Assembly (NCBI GenBank): GCA_021851865.1
Contig: JAJZBU010000011.1
Span: 1,631-65,630 of the forward strand
Length of the DNA stretch: 64,000 nucleotides
Origin: Pseudomonadota bacterium
GTDB taxonomy: Bacteria > Pseudomonadota > Gammaproteobacteria > Pseudomonadales > Moraxellaceae
Reading direction: 5' to 3'
The notes beneath the pieces are model-generated. The model saw only the letters and a list, made by a program, of their open reading frames with translations, was not told the origin of the DNA and did no database searches. The translations under genes were made by a program, and so were the position numbers. Of this stretch, positions 30,084-39,929 are shown one piece after another; within the stretch, counting starts at the first letter, position 1, and the number at the start of each line of letters is the position of its first letter.

Positions 30084-33000
30084 ATGAAGATCCCTATGTT
30101 GATCCACAAAGGCGCCTGTGCCCTGTCCCAGTTCCGCCAGGCCCGGCTATTGCGTCAGTTGCAGGCCATCGATGCCGGTGTCAGCGATGTGCAGGCGCGC
30201 TACTGGCATTTTATCGACACGCACCAGACGCGTCTCGATGACCGTGTCGAACGATTGCTGCAAGGCGGTGAGGACTTTCCGGGACGTGAGGAAGGGGAGC
30301 TCTTTCTCGTTCTACCCAGATTCGGCACCATCTCCGCTTGGTCGTCCAAGGCGACCGACATTCTGCGGCAAGCGGGTTGTGAGCAGGTCTTGCGCGTCGA
30401 GCGCGGCACGGCCTTCTGGGTGCGGCATACGGGTGAGTTCGACGCGACGCGGCGACAGGCCTTGCAACGGCTGCTGCACGACCGGATGACGCAGGTCGTC
30501 GTGGCGACGCCGGCGGCGGCGGAGTCACTGTTCCTGCATCAGTCGCCGCGGCCCTTGCGCCGTATCGATCTTCTTCAGCATGGCCGTGTGGCGCTGGAAC
30601 AGGCGAATCGCGAACAGGGCTTCGCGCTCAGCGAAGAAGAGATCGACTATCTCCTCGCCAGTTATCGCGAACTCGGCCGTAACCCTGCCGATGTCGAGCT
30701 GATGATGTTCGCCCAGGCCAATTCCGAACACTGCCGGCACAAGATCTTCAATGCCAGCTGGCAAGTCGATGGTCAGCCGATGCCGGATTCCCTCTTCGCC
30801 ATGATCCGGCATACGCATGCGCAGGCGCCGACCGGGGTGCTTTCGGCCTACAGCGATAATTCTGCGGTCATCGCCGGGCCGGTGACCGAGCGCTGGGTGC
30901 GGCACGCACAAGAGGCTTACGCCTATCATCGCGAGCCTGTGCACATCCTGATGAAGGTCGAGACGCACAACCACCCGACCGCCATCGCGCCTTTTGCCGG
31001 CGCCGCCACGGGGGCGGGGGGCGAGATTCGTGATGAGGGCGCGACAGGGCGAGGCGCCAAGCCGAAGGCGGGATTGACCGGTTTCAGCGTCTCCCATCTG
31101 CGTTTGCCGGAAGCGCTCCAGCCCTGGGAGGGCGCTCCGTGCAAGCCGGAGCGTATCGCCTCGCCCCTTGAGATCATGCTCCAGGGGCCGCTGGGTGGCG
31201 CGGCCTTCAACAATGAGTTCGGTCGCCCCAATCTTTGTGGCTATTTCCGCACCTATGAGCAGAGACTGGTCATCGATGGCCAGGAGCAGCATCTCGGGTA
31301 CCACAAGCCGATCATGATCGCCGGCGGCTACGGCAACATCCGTGCCGAGCATGTGCACAAGCAGCGTATACCGGCCGGTGCCCTGCTCGTCGTCCTCGGC
31401 GGGCCGGCGCTGCTCATCGGCCTCGGTGGCGGCGCTGCTTCCTCGATGAACAGCGGTAGCAGCGCCGAAGACATGGACTTCGCCTCGGTGCAGCGCGACA
31501 ACCCGGAAATGGAACGGCGTTGTCAGGAAGTCATCGACGCCTGTTGGGCCTTGGCCGAGGCCAACCCGATCATCTCCATCCATGACGTCGGCGCCGGTGG
31601 CTTGTCCAATGCCCTGCCCGAGCTGGTGCATGAGAACGGCTTGGGGGCGCAGTTGCAGCTGCGCGAGATCCCGCTCGGTGAAAGTGGCCTGTCGCCGCTC
31701 GAAATCTGGTGCAATGAGGCGCAGGAACGCTATGTTCTGGCCTTGTCGGCGGAGAGCCTGCCGGCTTTTCAGGCGCTGTGTGAGCGCGAACGCTGTCCTT
31801 TTGCCGTGCTCGGCACGGCGACGCAGACGCGCCAGCTCGTCGTCAGCGATCGTCATTTCGGCGAGGCGTCGGTCGATATGCCGATGCAGGTTTTGCTCGG
31901 CAAGCCGCCGCGCATGCAGAGGAGCTTCCAGCGCCATCAGGCGAGCCTGCCGGCCTTCGATATGACGGCGATCACCCTGCACGAGGCGATCGATCGTCTG
32001 TTGCACCTGCCGACGATCGCCAGCAAGGCGTTTCTCATCACCATCGGCGATCGCTCGGTCGGCGGGCTGGTCGCCCGCGAACAGATGGTGGGCCCCTGGC
32101 AGGTGCCGGTGGCCGATTGTGCCGTGACGGCAGCATCCTTCCGTGATGTCGTCGGCGAAGCCATGGCCATGGGGGAGCGCAGTCCGGTCGCGATCATCGA
32201 CGCCGCCCAGAGCGCACGCTTGGCGGTGGCCGAAGCGATCACCAATCTCATGGCCGCCGATGTGCGCGCCATCGCCGATATCCGACTATCGGCCAACTGG
32301 ATGGCGGCGGCTGGCCACCCGGGGGAAGATCAGAAGCTCTATGAGGCGGTCGCCGCCATCGGTATGGATTTCTGCCCCGAACTTGGCATCTGCATTCCGG
32401 TCGGCAAGGACTCCTTGTCCATGCGCACGCAGTGGCGCGAGGACGGGCAAAGCCATGTGGTGACAGCGCCCATGTCGCTCATCATCAGTGCTTTTGCATC
32501 GGTCGCCGATGTGCGTAAAACCTGGACGCCGCAACTGCGTCTCGATGGCGGTGACAGCGAATTGCTGCTCCTCGATCTGAGCGCGGGTGGGCAACATTTA
32601 GGCGCCTCCTGCCTGGCGCAGGTCTATGGACAATTGGGACAGCAGGCACCGGACGTGAAGGCCGCTGATCTCAAGGCCTTTGTGTCGATCATGCGTGAGT
32701 TGCGGGATCGCAATCTGGTGCTCGCTTACCACGATCGCTCCGATGGCGGGCTGTTGGTGGCGGCGCTGGAGATGGCTTTCGCCGGTCGCGCCGGATTGAG
32801 CTTGTCGATCGCCGCATCATCGCCGCAAGAACGTCTCGCGCAGCTCTTCCATGAAGGGCCGGGGGTGCTGTTGCAGGTGGCGGTGGCGCGCCGCGCCGAG
32901 GTGGCGGCGATCTGCGCCGAGCATGGATTGGGGACACGGCTGCACGTCCTCGGTCGCGTCGAGGCGGGTGACGAGATCGTCTTGCGCTCGGCGCACGAGA

Positions 33001-33959
33001 TCCTTTTCCAGGCGCAGCGTCGCGATCTGCAGCGCGCCTGGAGTGAGACCAGTTTCCGCTTGCAGAGCCTGCGCGATCACGCCGGGTGCGCGCAGCAGGA
33101 ATATGACAAGCTGCTCAACCAGAATGATGCAGGCCTGCACGCGCACCTGACCTTCGATCCAGCGGCCGATGTGGCGGCGCCTTATATCGCACGCGGTCGG
33201 CGTCCGCAGATCGCGATCCTGCGTGAACAGGGGGTGAACGGTCATATGGAGATGGCGGCGGCTTTCGAGCGCGCCGGTTTCGAGGCCATCGACGTGCATA
33301 TGAGCGATATCCTCGCCGGGCGCGATCTGCAGTCTTTCAAGGGCCTGGTCGCCTGCGGTGGCTTCTCTTACGGTGACGTGCTCGGCGCCGGGGGCGGCTG
33401 GGCACGCTCGGTTCTTTTTCATGAGCGCGTACGTCAGACTTTCGCCAGTTTTTTTGCGCGCCCAGAGACCTTCACTTTGGGTGTCTGCAATGGCTGCCAG
33501 ATGCTGGCGCAGCTGCGCGATCTGATCCCGGGGGCGGAGCTTTGGCCGCGATTCGAGCGCAATCTGAGTGAACAGTTCGAGGCGCGCACGGTCATGGTCG
33601 AAGTGCCGGACAATCCCTCGATTTTGCTGCGTGGCATGCAGGGGTCGCGCATGCCGGTGGCCGTGGCGCATGGCGAAGGTCGTGTCGTCGGTGACGTCGC
33701 CGGATTGACGGCGGCGGGGCTGGTCGGCCTGCGCTATGTCGATGAGGGTGGGCGCATCAGCGAACGCTATCCCGACAACCCGAATGGATCACCGCAAGGG
33801 GTGACGGCGGTGACCAGCCGCGACGGACGCGCTACCATCATGATGCCGCATCCGGAACGGGTTTTTCGGACCCTGCAGCACGCTTGGGCGCCGTCGACCT
33901 GGGGTGAGGATGCGCCGTGGTTGCGGATGTTTCGTAATGCGCGGGTCTTCGTCGGATGA
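30084..33959 (+). CDS. purL: Phosphoribosylformylglycinamidine synthase (large single-chain form)
   Basis: 1291 aa with AIR-synthase-like repeats and a C-terminal glutaminase domain (GVCNGCQM ... HPE). The start may be ATG 30096 ([14 protein letters not shown] aligns with known PurL N-termini). Confidence 0.95.
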   Translation: MKIPMLIHKGACALSQFRQARLLRQLQAIDAGVSDVQARYWHFIDTHQTRLDDRVERLLQGGEDFPGREEGELFLVLPRFGTISAWSSKATDILRQAGCEQVLRVERGTAFWVRHTGEFDATRRQALQRLLHDRMTQVVVATPAAAESLFLHQSPRPLRRIDLLQHGRVALEQANREQGFALSEEEIDYLLASYRELGRNPADVELMMFAQANSEHCRHKIFNASWQVDGQPMPDSLFAMIRHTHAQAPTGVLSAYSDNSAVIAGPVTERWVRHAQEAYAYHREPVHILMKVETHNHPTAIAPFAGAATGAGGEIRDEGATGRGAKPKAGLTGFSVSHLRLPEALQPWEGAPCKPERIASPLEIMLQGPLGGAAFNNEFGRPNLCGYFRTYEQRLVIDGQEQHLGYHKPIMIAGGYGNIRAEHVHKQRIPAGALLVVLGGPALLIGLGGGAASSMNSGSSAEDMDFASVQRDNPEMERRCQEVIDACWALAEANPIISIHDVGAGGLSNALPELVHENGLGAQLQLREIPLGESGLSPLEIWCNEAQERYVLALSAESLPAFQALCERERCPFAVLGTATQTRQLVVSDRHFGEASVDMPMQVLLGKPPRMQRSFQRHQASLPAFDMTAITLHEAIDRLLHLPTIASKAFLITIGDRSVGGLVAREQMVGPWQVPVADCAVTAASFRDVVGEAMAMGERSPVAIIDAAQSARLAVAEAITNLMAADVRAIADIRLSANWMAAAGHPGEDQKLYEAVAAIGMDFCPELGICIPVGKDSLSMRTQWREDGQSHVVTAPMSLIISAFASVADVRKTWTPQLRLDGGDSELLLLDLSAGGQHLGASCLAQVYGQLGQQAPDVKAADLKAFVSIMRELRDRNLVLAYHDRSDGGLLVAALEMAFAGRAGLSLSIAASSPQERLAQLFHEGPGVLLQVAVARRAEVAAICAEHGLGTRLHVLGRVEAGDEIVLRSAHEILFQAQRRDLQRAWSETSFRLQSLRDHAGCAQQEYDKLLNQNDAGLHAHLTFDPAADVAAPYIARGRRPQIAILREQGVNGHMEMAAAFERAGFEAIDVHMSDILAGRDLQSFKGLVACGGFSYGDVLGAGGGWARSVLFHERVRQTFASFFARPETFTLGVCNGCQMLAQLRDLIPGAELWPRFERNLSEQFEARTVMVEVPDNPSILLRGMQGSRMPVAVAHGEGRVVGDVAGLTAAGLVGLRYVDEGGRISERYPDNPNGSPQGVTAVTSRDGRATIMMPHPERVFRTLQHAWAPSTWGEDAPWLRMFRNARVFVG

Positions 33960-34300
33960 AATCGTATAAGCTCGTCGTTTTCGTGCCTGATACGGCGCTT
34001 GCCGCCTTGAGCGCAGCCTTGTTCGCCGCCGGAGCGGGCGCCCAGGGGCTCTATCGCGAGTGCGCCTGGCGGGTGGAAGGCACGGGACAGTTTCGCCCGC
34101 TCGCCGGTGCGCAGCCAGCGCTGGGACAGGTCGGTGAACTCGAGCAGGTGCGTGAGTCGCGGCTCGAGTTGTTGGTGACGGAGCCGGTTCTGGGGGCGGT
34201 CCTGCGTGCGCTGCATGCGCACCATCCCTATGAAGAGCCGGCCTATGACGTTTTTGAAAGGATCGATCCCGGCCCCTGGCGGCATGGGGTCCAGGACTGA
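33956..34300 (+). CDS. Small PII-like protein related to the insert domain of YqfO/NIF3-family proteins
   Basis: 114 aa. YKLVVFVP N-terminus, GxGxF mid motif and a [10 protein letters not shown]-terminal motif, as I recall for stand-alone YqfO-insert homologues. ATGA overlap with the purL stop. Confidence 0.5.
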   Translation: MKSYKLVVFVPDTALAALSAALFAAGAGAQGLYRECAWRVEGTGQFRPLAGAQPALGQVGELEQVRESRLELLVTEPVLGAVLRALHAHHPYEEPAYDVFERIDPGPWRHGVQD

Positions 34301-34303
34301 AGC

Positions 34304-35314
34304 ATGCGCGAGTTGACCGATTCGGGGGTGTTGCTAAGACTGGCCTATCAGGCCTTGCGCAAGGCGGGTATCGACGCGGATGCCGTGCTCGCGCGTTGTG
34401 GCGCCGATCTGTTGCAGCTCGAGGATCCGCGTTTGCGCACACCTGTCGCGGCGCAGGACTCCTTTTGGCGCGCGGTCAGCGAAGTCTCCGGCGATGCACA
34501 CATCGGCCTGCTCCTGGCGCGCCATCTGCCGCGCTTTCGTGGCCAGGTGATCGAGTACCTGTTTTCCAGCAGCTCCACGTTCGGGGAAGGCTTGCGCCGC
34601 GCCCTGCAGTATCAGCGCCTGCTCAGTGACGCCATGTTGGGGCGTTTTGAGCATCAAGGTGAGCTGAGCTATCTTGCCAGTGGTAGCCGCCAGCATGAAC
34701 CGGCGCCCTTGGCGGAGTGCATGATGGCCGGCATCATTCAGTTTTTTGCGCAGGTCACCGACGGTGAGTTCCAACCGCACCGGGTGTGGCTGCGCCATCC
34801 CGCCGGTGCAGCTGTCGCTGATTACGAGGCGGTCTATGGTTGTCCGGTGGAGTTCTCGCAAACCGAGAACCGGCTCTATTTCGCCAGCACCATTCTCGAA
34901 CGCACTTTCTGGCATGCCGAGCCGGAATTGCTCAAGCTGCATATGCAGGTGGCGACTGAAAAACTCGCCGAGCTCGAGCGCTTGGACCTAGTGGCGGATG
35001 TCCGCCGGGTGATCGCCCAGATTCTCGAGAGCGGCGACGTGTCCCTGGAGTCGGTGGCGCGTCAGCTCGAGCTCCGGCCGCGGGCTTTGCGCAGTCGTTT
35101 GGCCGAGGTTGGCACCAGCTTCAATCACATCCTCAATGACTACCGTAGCCGTCTGGCGCGTCGTCTACTCGCTAAAACCGATGAGAGCATCGATCAGATC
35201 GTCTACCTGACCGGTTTTTCCGAGCCGAGCACCTTTTATCGGGCTTTTCGACGCTGGACCTCAGAGACTCCCGTTGAATATCGCCGGCGCAAGCGCGCGT
35301 CGATCTCTTCTTGA
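34304..35314 (+). CDS. AraC-family transcriptional regulator (OruR-like N-terminal effector domain)
   Basis: C-terminal AraC double HTH (IDQIVYLTGFSEPSTFYRAFRRWTSETPVEYRRR); 336 aa. Confidence 0.85.
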   Translation: MRELTDSGVLLRLAYQALRKAGIDADAVLARCGADLLQLEDPRLRTPVAAQDSFWRAVSEVSGDAHIGLLLARHLPRFRGQVIEYLFSSSSTFGEGLRRALQYQRLLSDAMLGRFEHQGELSYLASGSRQHEPAPLAECMMAGIIQFFAQVTDGEFQPHRVWLRHPAGAAVADYEAVYGCPVEFSQTENRLYFASTILERTFWHAEPELLKLHMQVATEKLAELERLDLVADVRRVIAQILESGDVSLESVARQLELRPRALRSRLAEVGTSFNHILNDYRSRLARRLLAKTDESIDQIVYLTGFSEPSTFYRAFRRWTSETPVEYRRRKRASISS

Positions 35315-35403
35315 ACGCGCCGGGAGGGCGGCTGGCGGCGCAGCTGGACGCACCGCTGCGTCTGCCGCCTGAACGGACTTTGTTGCCTACTCCCGGTGAT
35401 CTC

Positions 35404-35770
35404 ATGGAAATGCCGGTGCATCCGGCACCGTGTCTCCTGGTGGCGACCCTGGCCGTTCTGCTCACCCTGGCCTGCTGGGGACGCCTGGATAGGGGCGCTG
35501 TCGCACACCGCCAACGGATGCCTGACGCCAAAGTCCAAGCCATTCAGACCGCCCTCATCGGTGTGGTCAAAAGCATGGCGGTACATCGCGGTGAGCGAGT
35601 CTAGGCGGGCCCATTGGTGCTGGAACTCGACCCCACCCAGGCGCAGGCGGACGCCGATCGCGCCCATAAAGCCCAACGGGATGCACCGCTGACCATCGCC
35701 CGGACCCAGGCATTGCTGCAGGCCCAGCAACTCCACCATCGTCCGCACTTACCCCGCATCTCTGGCGCAG
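35404..35770 (+). pseudogene. Truncated and interrupted HlyD-family membrane-fusion protein gene (N-terminal ~120 codons only)
   Basis: TM helix (CLLVATLAVLLTLACWG), then the HlyD barrel/lipoyl entry pattern (GAVAH...KVQAIQTALIGVVKSMAVHRGERV-stop-AGPLVLELDPTQAQADADRA). There is an in-frame TAG at 35602-35604. Similarity ends near 35770 and only ~170 nt remain before the neighbouring terminator, so more than 250 codons are missing. Confidence 0.65.
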
Positions 35771-35824
35771 AACCCAGCCGCCTTACGCTCTTGCGAATAC
35801 CGTGTCATGAATCCACTCGTTCCG

Positions 35825-35882
35825 CCCCCGGTCTACCCGTCGGCCAAATCGGCCGGGGCGATAACTATCCTGACACCGGGGG
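35825..35882. repeat. Nested GC-rich inverted repeat (8-bp outer arms plus an inner hairpin)
   Basis: CCCCCGGT (35825-35832) pairs with ACCGGGGG (35875-35882). Inner hairpin CGGCC-AAATC-GGCCG at 35841-35855. CCGGGG at 35853-35858 offers an alternative partner for the left arm. Confidence 0.6.
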
Positions 35883-35942
35883 AAACCTTAACTTGGGTGG
35901 ATTGGGCAAAGGGTCTGCGGTGAAATGGCCGTGTCGGAGTCA

Positions 35943-35965
35943 TAAAAACCTGCCCGTAGGCAGGT
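35943..35965 (-). terminator. Rho-independent terminator of the minus-strand Nudix/acyl-CoA dehydrogenase operon
   Basis: On the minus strand: ACCTGCC-TACG-GGCAGGT (7-bp stem, UNCG-type tetraloop) followed by TTTTTAT, about 70 nt after the TAG stop at 36035-36037. Confidence 0.75.
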
Positions 35966-36034
35966 GGCTCAGAGGGGTCTTGATGAGCACAAAGGGAGGT
36001 GTCGAAGCGATGAGGGGGGGCGGGTGCCGCCGGG

Positions 36035-37240
36035 CTATTTCAGCTCGGCGGAGGTCTTGCCGAGCAGGCGGCGGGCGATGATGAGCAACTGGATCTGTTG
36101 TGTGCCTTCGAAGATGTCGAGGATCTTCGAGTCGCGCGCCCATTTTTCCAGGAGTTCGTCCTCGCCGTAGCCGATGGCGCCGGCGAGAGCGACGCATTGC
36201 AGGGTCACTTCATTGCCCACTTTTCCGGCTTTCGCCTTGGCCATCGAGGCTTCTTTGGAGTTGGGGATGCGGTTGTCGGCCATCCAGGCGGCGCGCAGGG
36301 TGAGCAGTCGTGCGGCTTCCCATTCGGCTTCGAGGCGATAGAGCGTCGCTTCCGCCTGGCTGAGCAGCAGGGGTGCTTGCTCGTAGCGGCCATTGATCTT
36401 GTCCCGCAGCAGTTCACGCGTGCGCTCGAGGGCGGCGGCGGCGACGCCGACGGCCATGGCGGCGACCAGGGGGCGGGTGTTGTCAAAGGTCTCCATGACG
36501 CCGGCAAAGCCTTTTTGGACGTCGATCTCAGGGTTGCCGAGGAGATTGGCGGCGGGGACCCGACAATCGCTGAAGCTGATCGCTGCGGTGTCGGAGGCCT
36601 TGATGCCGAGCTTCTTCTCCAGGCGGGTGACGTTCATCCCCGGTGTGCCTTTGTGGACCACGAAGGATTTGATCGCGGCGCGGCCGAGGCTGGGGTCGAG
36701 GCTGGCCCAGACGACGACGCTATCGGCGCGTTCACCCGAGGTGACGAAGATCTTTTCGCCATTGAGGATGTAGTCGTCGCCGTCACGGCGTGCCGTCGTC
36801 CGTATCGCCGCCGAGTCCGAGCCGCAGCCGGGCTCGGTGATCGCCATGGCCGCCCAACTGCCCTTGAAGCGGGCGAGCTGTTCTTCATTGGCGACGGCGG
36901 CAATGGCAGCATTGCCGAGGCCTTGTCGCGGCATGGACAGCAGCAGGCCGACATCGCCACGGCAGAGTTCGATGATGCCGAGGCAGGTCGACAGATTGCT
37001 GCCATTGCGTACGCCGGGTGTCTCGCTGTGGCTACGCTTGCTCGCCGTACTGGCGCCGGCGGCTTCCGGGGCGCCGTCATTCATGCCGTCGAGGAGGGAA
37101 GCGAGCAGGCGCAATTCTTTCGGCTGGCTGTGCTCGGCCTTGTCGTATTTGCGCGATATCGGGCGAAAGATCTGATCGGCGACGTCGCGTGCCTGAGTGA
37201 CCAGGGTGGCAAACTTTTTCGGGGTCTCAAGGTTCATCAT
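36035..37240 (-). CDS. Acyl-CoA dehydrogenase family protein (has a Glu at the MCAD-type catalytic position)
   Basis: ACAD fold motifs (AMAITEPGCGSDSAAI, KIFVTSG, C-terminal ILDIFEGTQQIQLLIIAR with Glu in the YEGT-like position); 401 aa. Confidence 0.85.
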   Translation of the reverse strand: MMNLETPKKFATLVTQARDVADQIFRPISRKYDKAEHSQPKELRLLASLLDGMNDGAPEAAGASTASKRSHSETPGVRNGSNLSTCLGIIELCRGDVGLLLSMPRQGLGNAAIAAVANEEQLARFKGSWAAMAITEPGCGSDSAAIRTTARRDGDDYILNGEKIFVTSGERADSVVVWASLDPSLGRAAIKSFVVHKGTPGMNVTRLEKKLGIKASDTAAISFSDCRVPAANLLGNPEIDVQKGFAGVMETFDNTRPLVAAMAVGVAAAALERTRELLRDKINGRYEQAPLLLSQAEATLYRLEAEWEAARLLTLRAAWMADNRIPNSKEASMAKAKAGKVGNEVTLQCVALAGAIGYGEDELLEKWARDSKILDIFEGTQQIQLLIIARRLLGKTSAELK

Positions 37241-37249
37241 GGCCTCCGT

Positions 37250-38551
37250 TCACAGATGCATGGCGCCGTGCAGGACGGCGATGGCGCGTAGGTCGCGATA
37301 CCAGCGTTCGACCGGGTGCTCCTGGGTATAACCATGACCACCGAGCAGCTGCACGCCGTCGGTGCCGATCTGCATCGATTTCTCGTTGCAGAATAGGCGG
37401 GCGAGATAGGCTTCGCGGTGGAAGTCGAGGCCCTGTTCGGCACGGCTGGCGGCGCGCCAGGTCAGCAGACGCATGGCGTCGAGGTCGATGGCCATCTGCG
37501 CGATCATGAAGGCGACACTTTGGCGGTGGCTGATCGGTTCGCCGAAAGCGCTGCGTTCGTTGCAGTAGGGGATGACGTAATCGAGGACGGCTTGTGCGCA
37601 TCCTTGCGCCAGAGCGCACCAGCCGAGACTCGACAGATCGAGGAAGGCGTGATAGTCGAAGTCTTCGTCGCCGAGGCGTTGCCGCGCCGGCAGGCGCAGG
37701 TCCTCGATGAGCAGATCGGTGCAGGCGCAGGCGTGCAGTCCCATGGCCGGTGCTTCGCGGCGCTTGAGTCCAGGGCTGTCGCTCTCGGCGATGAAGACGG
37801 CAGGGCCCTGCTCGGTGTGCGCGGCGATGAGCAGCAGGTCGGCTTGCGCGCCGCGCAAGACCAGGCTTTTGCGGCCGTTCAGGCGATAGTCCTGGCCCTG
37901 GCGGGTGGCCAGGGTGCGCAGGCGCATGGGGTCGAATAGCGGCTCAGGCTCGACGATGGCGATGCTGGCGATGAGGGGTTGTTGTTCGTCAAGAAAAGCC
38001 GGCAGGTAGGTGGCCTGCTGTTCGCCGCTGCCCCAGCGACTGATAGCGTTGGCGGCACCGATCGGGGTGAGCAGGGCGGCCGCCAAGCTGAGGTCGCCCT
38101 GGGCCAGGGTTTCGGCGATCAGGGCCTGGGTCACCTGGCCATTTTCGGTGGCCATGCCGCCGTGTGCTTCCGGGATGGCGTAGGCGGGCAAACCCAGTTC
38201 GCTGCTGGCGGTGACGACGGCGGCTGGCAGTTCGCTGTGGCTGTCGGCAAGATGCGCCTGCGGCGTCAGGATTTCCCTGGCAAAGCGCGCCAGGCTGTCG
38301 CGGATCTGCTCCTGTTCGTCGCTCCAGCTCAGGTCGAAAAGATCGGTGCGGGTCCCCGGACGCAGCTGGGCTCGCGCACCTGGGCTCGCCTTGAAGCGCT
38401 GCGCCACCGAGCTGGCGGCACGAAAACCCTGACGGCTGCCGTGATAGAGGACCTTTTCCAGGCCATTTCGCAGCCCCAGGCGATCGGGCCAGTCGGCTTG
38501 GGCGACACGATTGAGAAGATGGAGGCCGAAGCCTTGTAAGCTCATGCGCAT
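37250..38551 (-). CDS. Acyl-CoA dehydrogenase family protein with an N-terminal extension and no Glu at the MCAD-type position
   Basis: ACAD-like core (LLGGHGYTQEHPVERWYRDLR) that ends in AIAVLHGAMHL instead of I.EGT.EIQ. ATG 38551 is chosen because GGAGG lies 5 nt upstream. About 75 aa precede the ACAD N-domain. Confidence 0.75.
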   Translation of the reverse strand: MRMSLQGFGLHLLNRVAQADWPDRLGLRNGLEKVLYHGSRQGFRAASSVAQRFKASPGARAQLRPGTRTDLFDLSWSDEQEQIRDSLARFAREILTPQAHLADSHSELPAAVVTASSELGLPAYAIPEAHGGMATENGQVTQALIAETLAQGDLSLAAALLTPIGAANAISRWGSGEQQATYLPAFLDEQQPLIASIAIVEPEPLFDPMRLRTLATRQGQDYRLNGRKSLVLRGAQADLLLIAAHTEQGPAVFIAESDSPGLKRREAPAMGLHACACTDLLIEDLRLPARQRLGDEDFDYHAFLDLSSLGWCALAQGCAQAVLDYVIPYCNERSAFGEPISHRQSVAFMIAQMAIDLDAMRLLTWRAASRAEQGLDFHREAYLARLFCNEKSMQIGTDGVQLLGGHGYTQEHPVERWYRDLRAIAVLHGAMHL

Positions 38552-38640
38552 ACCTACCTCCGAATGGAAGACTTCTACAATATGCCGAAGCGATCGGGGC
38601 CTGTGAATGACTTTGCCGCCACCTGAGCCTGCCATCAGGG

Positions 38641-39198
38641 TCAGTCGGGGCGACGAGCTTCCCAGGAGGGCGGGGCCAGGAGTTCGCTGTGCAGAGGGTA
38701 AGCGCCGTTGCGGCGGTCCCGAATGAAGTGCGCCAGGGTGTGCTGGATCGACGGAAAGGCCAGCTCCAGCCAGGGCAGATCGGCTTCTGCAAAGAGCACC
38801 GACTCCAGCGACTCGCTGCCGGCGCCGATGTCGGCGTCAGCCAGTTCGCCTCGGTACATGAGGTGGATCTGGTGGATGTGAGGGATGTCGAAGAGACAGT
38901 AGAGTTCGAGCGCGCCGACACGCGCCTGCGCTTCTTCCAGGGTCTCGCGCCGCGCCCCGTCGGCGCAGCTCTCGCCGTTTTCCATGAAGCCGGCGGGCAG
39001 GGTCCAAAAGCCATGGCGCGGTTCGATGGCGCGGCGACAGAGCAGAATACGGTCCTGCCAAGTGGCGATGCAGCCACAGATGACCTTGGGATTCTGGTAG
39101 TGGATGGTCTGGCAGTTTTCGCAGACAAAACGCGGCCGGCTGTCCGCAGCAGGGGTTTTTACGACCACCCTGTGTCCACACTCGCTGCAAAAGTTCAT
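38641..39198 (-). CDS. Nudix hydrolase with an N-terminal zinc ribbon
   Basis: CSECGH...CENC zinc-ribbon motif at the N-terminus and a Nudix box GFMENGESCADGARRETLEEA. The start is taken at MNFCSECGH (39198), not the longer ORF. Confidence 0.8.
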   Translation of the reverse strand: MNFCSECGHRVVVKTPAADSRPRFVCENCQTIHYQNPKVICGCIATWQDRILLCRRAIEPRHGFWTLPAGFMENGESCADGARRETLEEAQARVGALELYCLFDIPHIHQIHLMYRGELADADIGAGSESLESVLFAEADLPWLELAFPSIQHTLAHFIRDRRNGAYPLHSELLAPPSWEARRPD

Positions 39199-39281
39199 CG
39201 CCGATCCCGTGTCTGATGCAGCGAGTCTAACCTGTCTCGGCTGGGCTGTCTTGCGGCGGTGCATGGGTTACACTGGCGGGG

Positions 39282-39929
39282 ATGGTGCGAGTGATCAGAG
39301 GGCGGAGCATGCGGCAGGATCTCGGCGTGTCAGAAACGGCTCTAGGACAAGTGGCGCAGGGTTTGGCGCGTTCTCTCCCCCCCGTCGGCAAGGTCGACGC
39401 CGCGGTGCTGATGGCGCTGACCCAGGAAGCACAGCCGCAGTTGCTGTTGACCCGCCGCTCGCAACGACTGTCGGCGCACGCCGGTGAGGTGGCCTTTCCC
39501 GGCGGCAAGTGTGATCCGGGTGACATCAGCGTGGTGGCGACGGCTTTGCGTGAAAGTTGCGAGGAAGTGGGACTGATGCCGACCAGTGTCGAGGTGCTCG
39601 GACAGTTCGGCGACTTCGTCTCGCGCGCGGGTTTGCGCGTGCGCGCCGTCGTCGGCAGCATCCCTGTCGGTATCGAACTAGCGCCGAATCCGGCCGAGAT
39701 CGAGAGCATTTTTTCTGTGCCTTTGGCTTTTTTCCTCGAGCAGCCGCCGCATCAGGATCATCGCGTGCATTTCATGGGGCATGATTATCTGATGCCCTGT
39801 TACCGCTATCAGGACTATGTCATCTGGGGGCTGACCGCCTACATGCTGGTGGAGCTTCTCAATCAAACTCTGTCTGCCGGCATCGATTTCCCCATGCCGG
39901 GTCTACAAAGAATGGGAGCGGGATCATGA
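39282..39929 (+). CDS. nudL: CoA pyrophosphatase-type Nudix hydrolase (NudL-like)
   Basis: [28 protein letters not shown] ... [11 protein letters not shown], i.e. the NuCoA-type motif upstream of the Nudix box. An alternative start is ATG 39309. Confidence 0.75.
   Translation: MVRVIRGRSMRQDLGVSETALGQVAQGLARSLPPVGKVDAAVLMALTQEAQPQLLLTRRSQRLSAHAGEVAFPGGKCDPGDISVVATALRESCEEVGLMPTSVEVLGQFGDFVSRAGLRVRAVVGSIPVGIELAPNPAEIESIFSVPLAFFLEQPPHQDHRVHFMGHDYLMPCYRYQDYVIWGLTAYMLVELLNQTLSAGIDFPMPGLQRMGAGS

Noticed and set aside
35807-35923. A 38-codon ORF (MNPLVPPPVYPSAKSAGAITILTPGETLTWVDWAKGLR) in the gap after the HlyD remnant.
   Set aside because: It has no Shine-Dalgarno and no recognisable family, and it spans the GC-rich inverted repeat. 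It is more likely chance or a remnant of a lost gene than a functional peptide.
35614-36081. A 155-aa plus-strand ORF, and a 170-aa minus-strand ORF at 35236-35748, in the 35.3-36.0 kb gap.
   Set aside because: The first is the in-frame continuation of the HlyD remnant running on through a terminator and into the antisense of the ACAD gene. The second is antisense to the remnant and the AraC 3' end, with no motifs.
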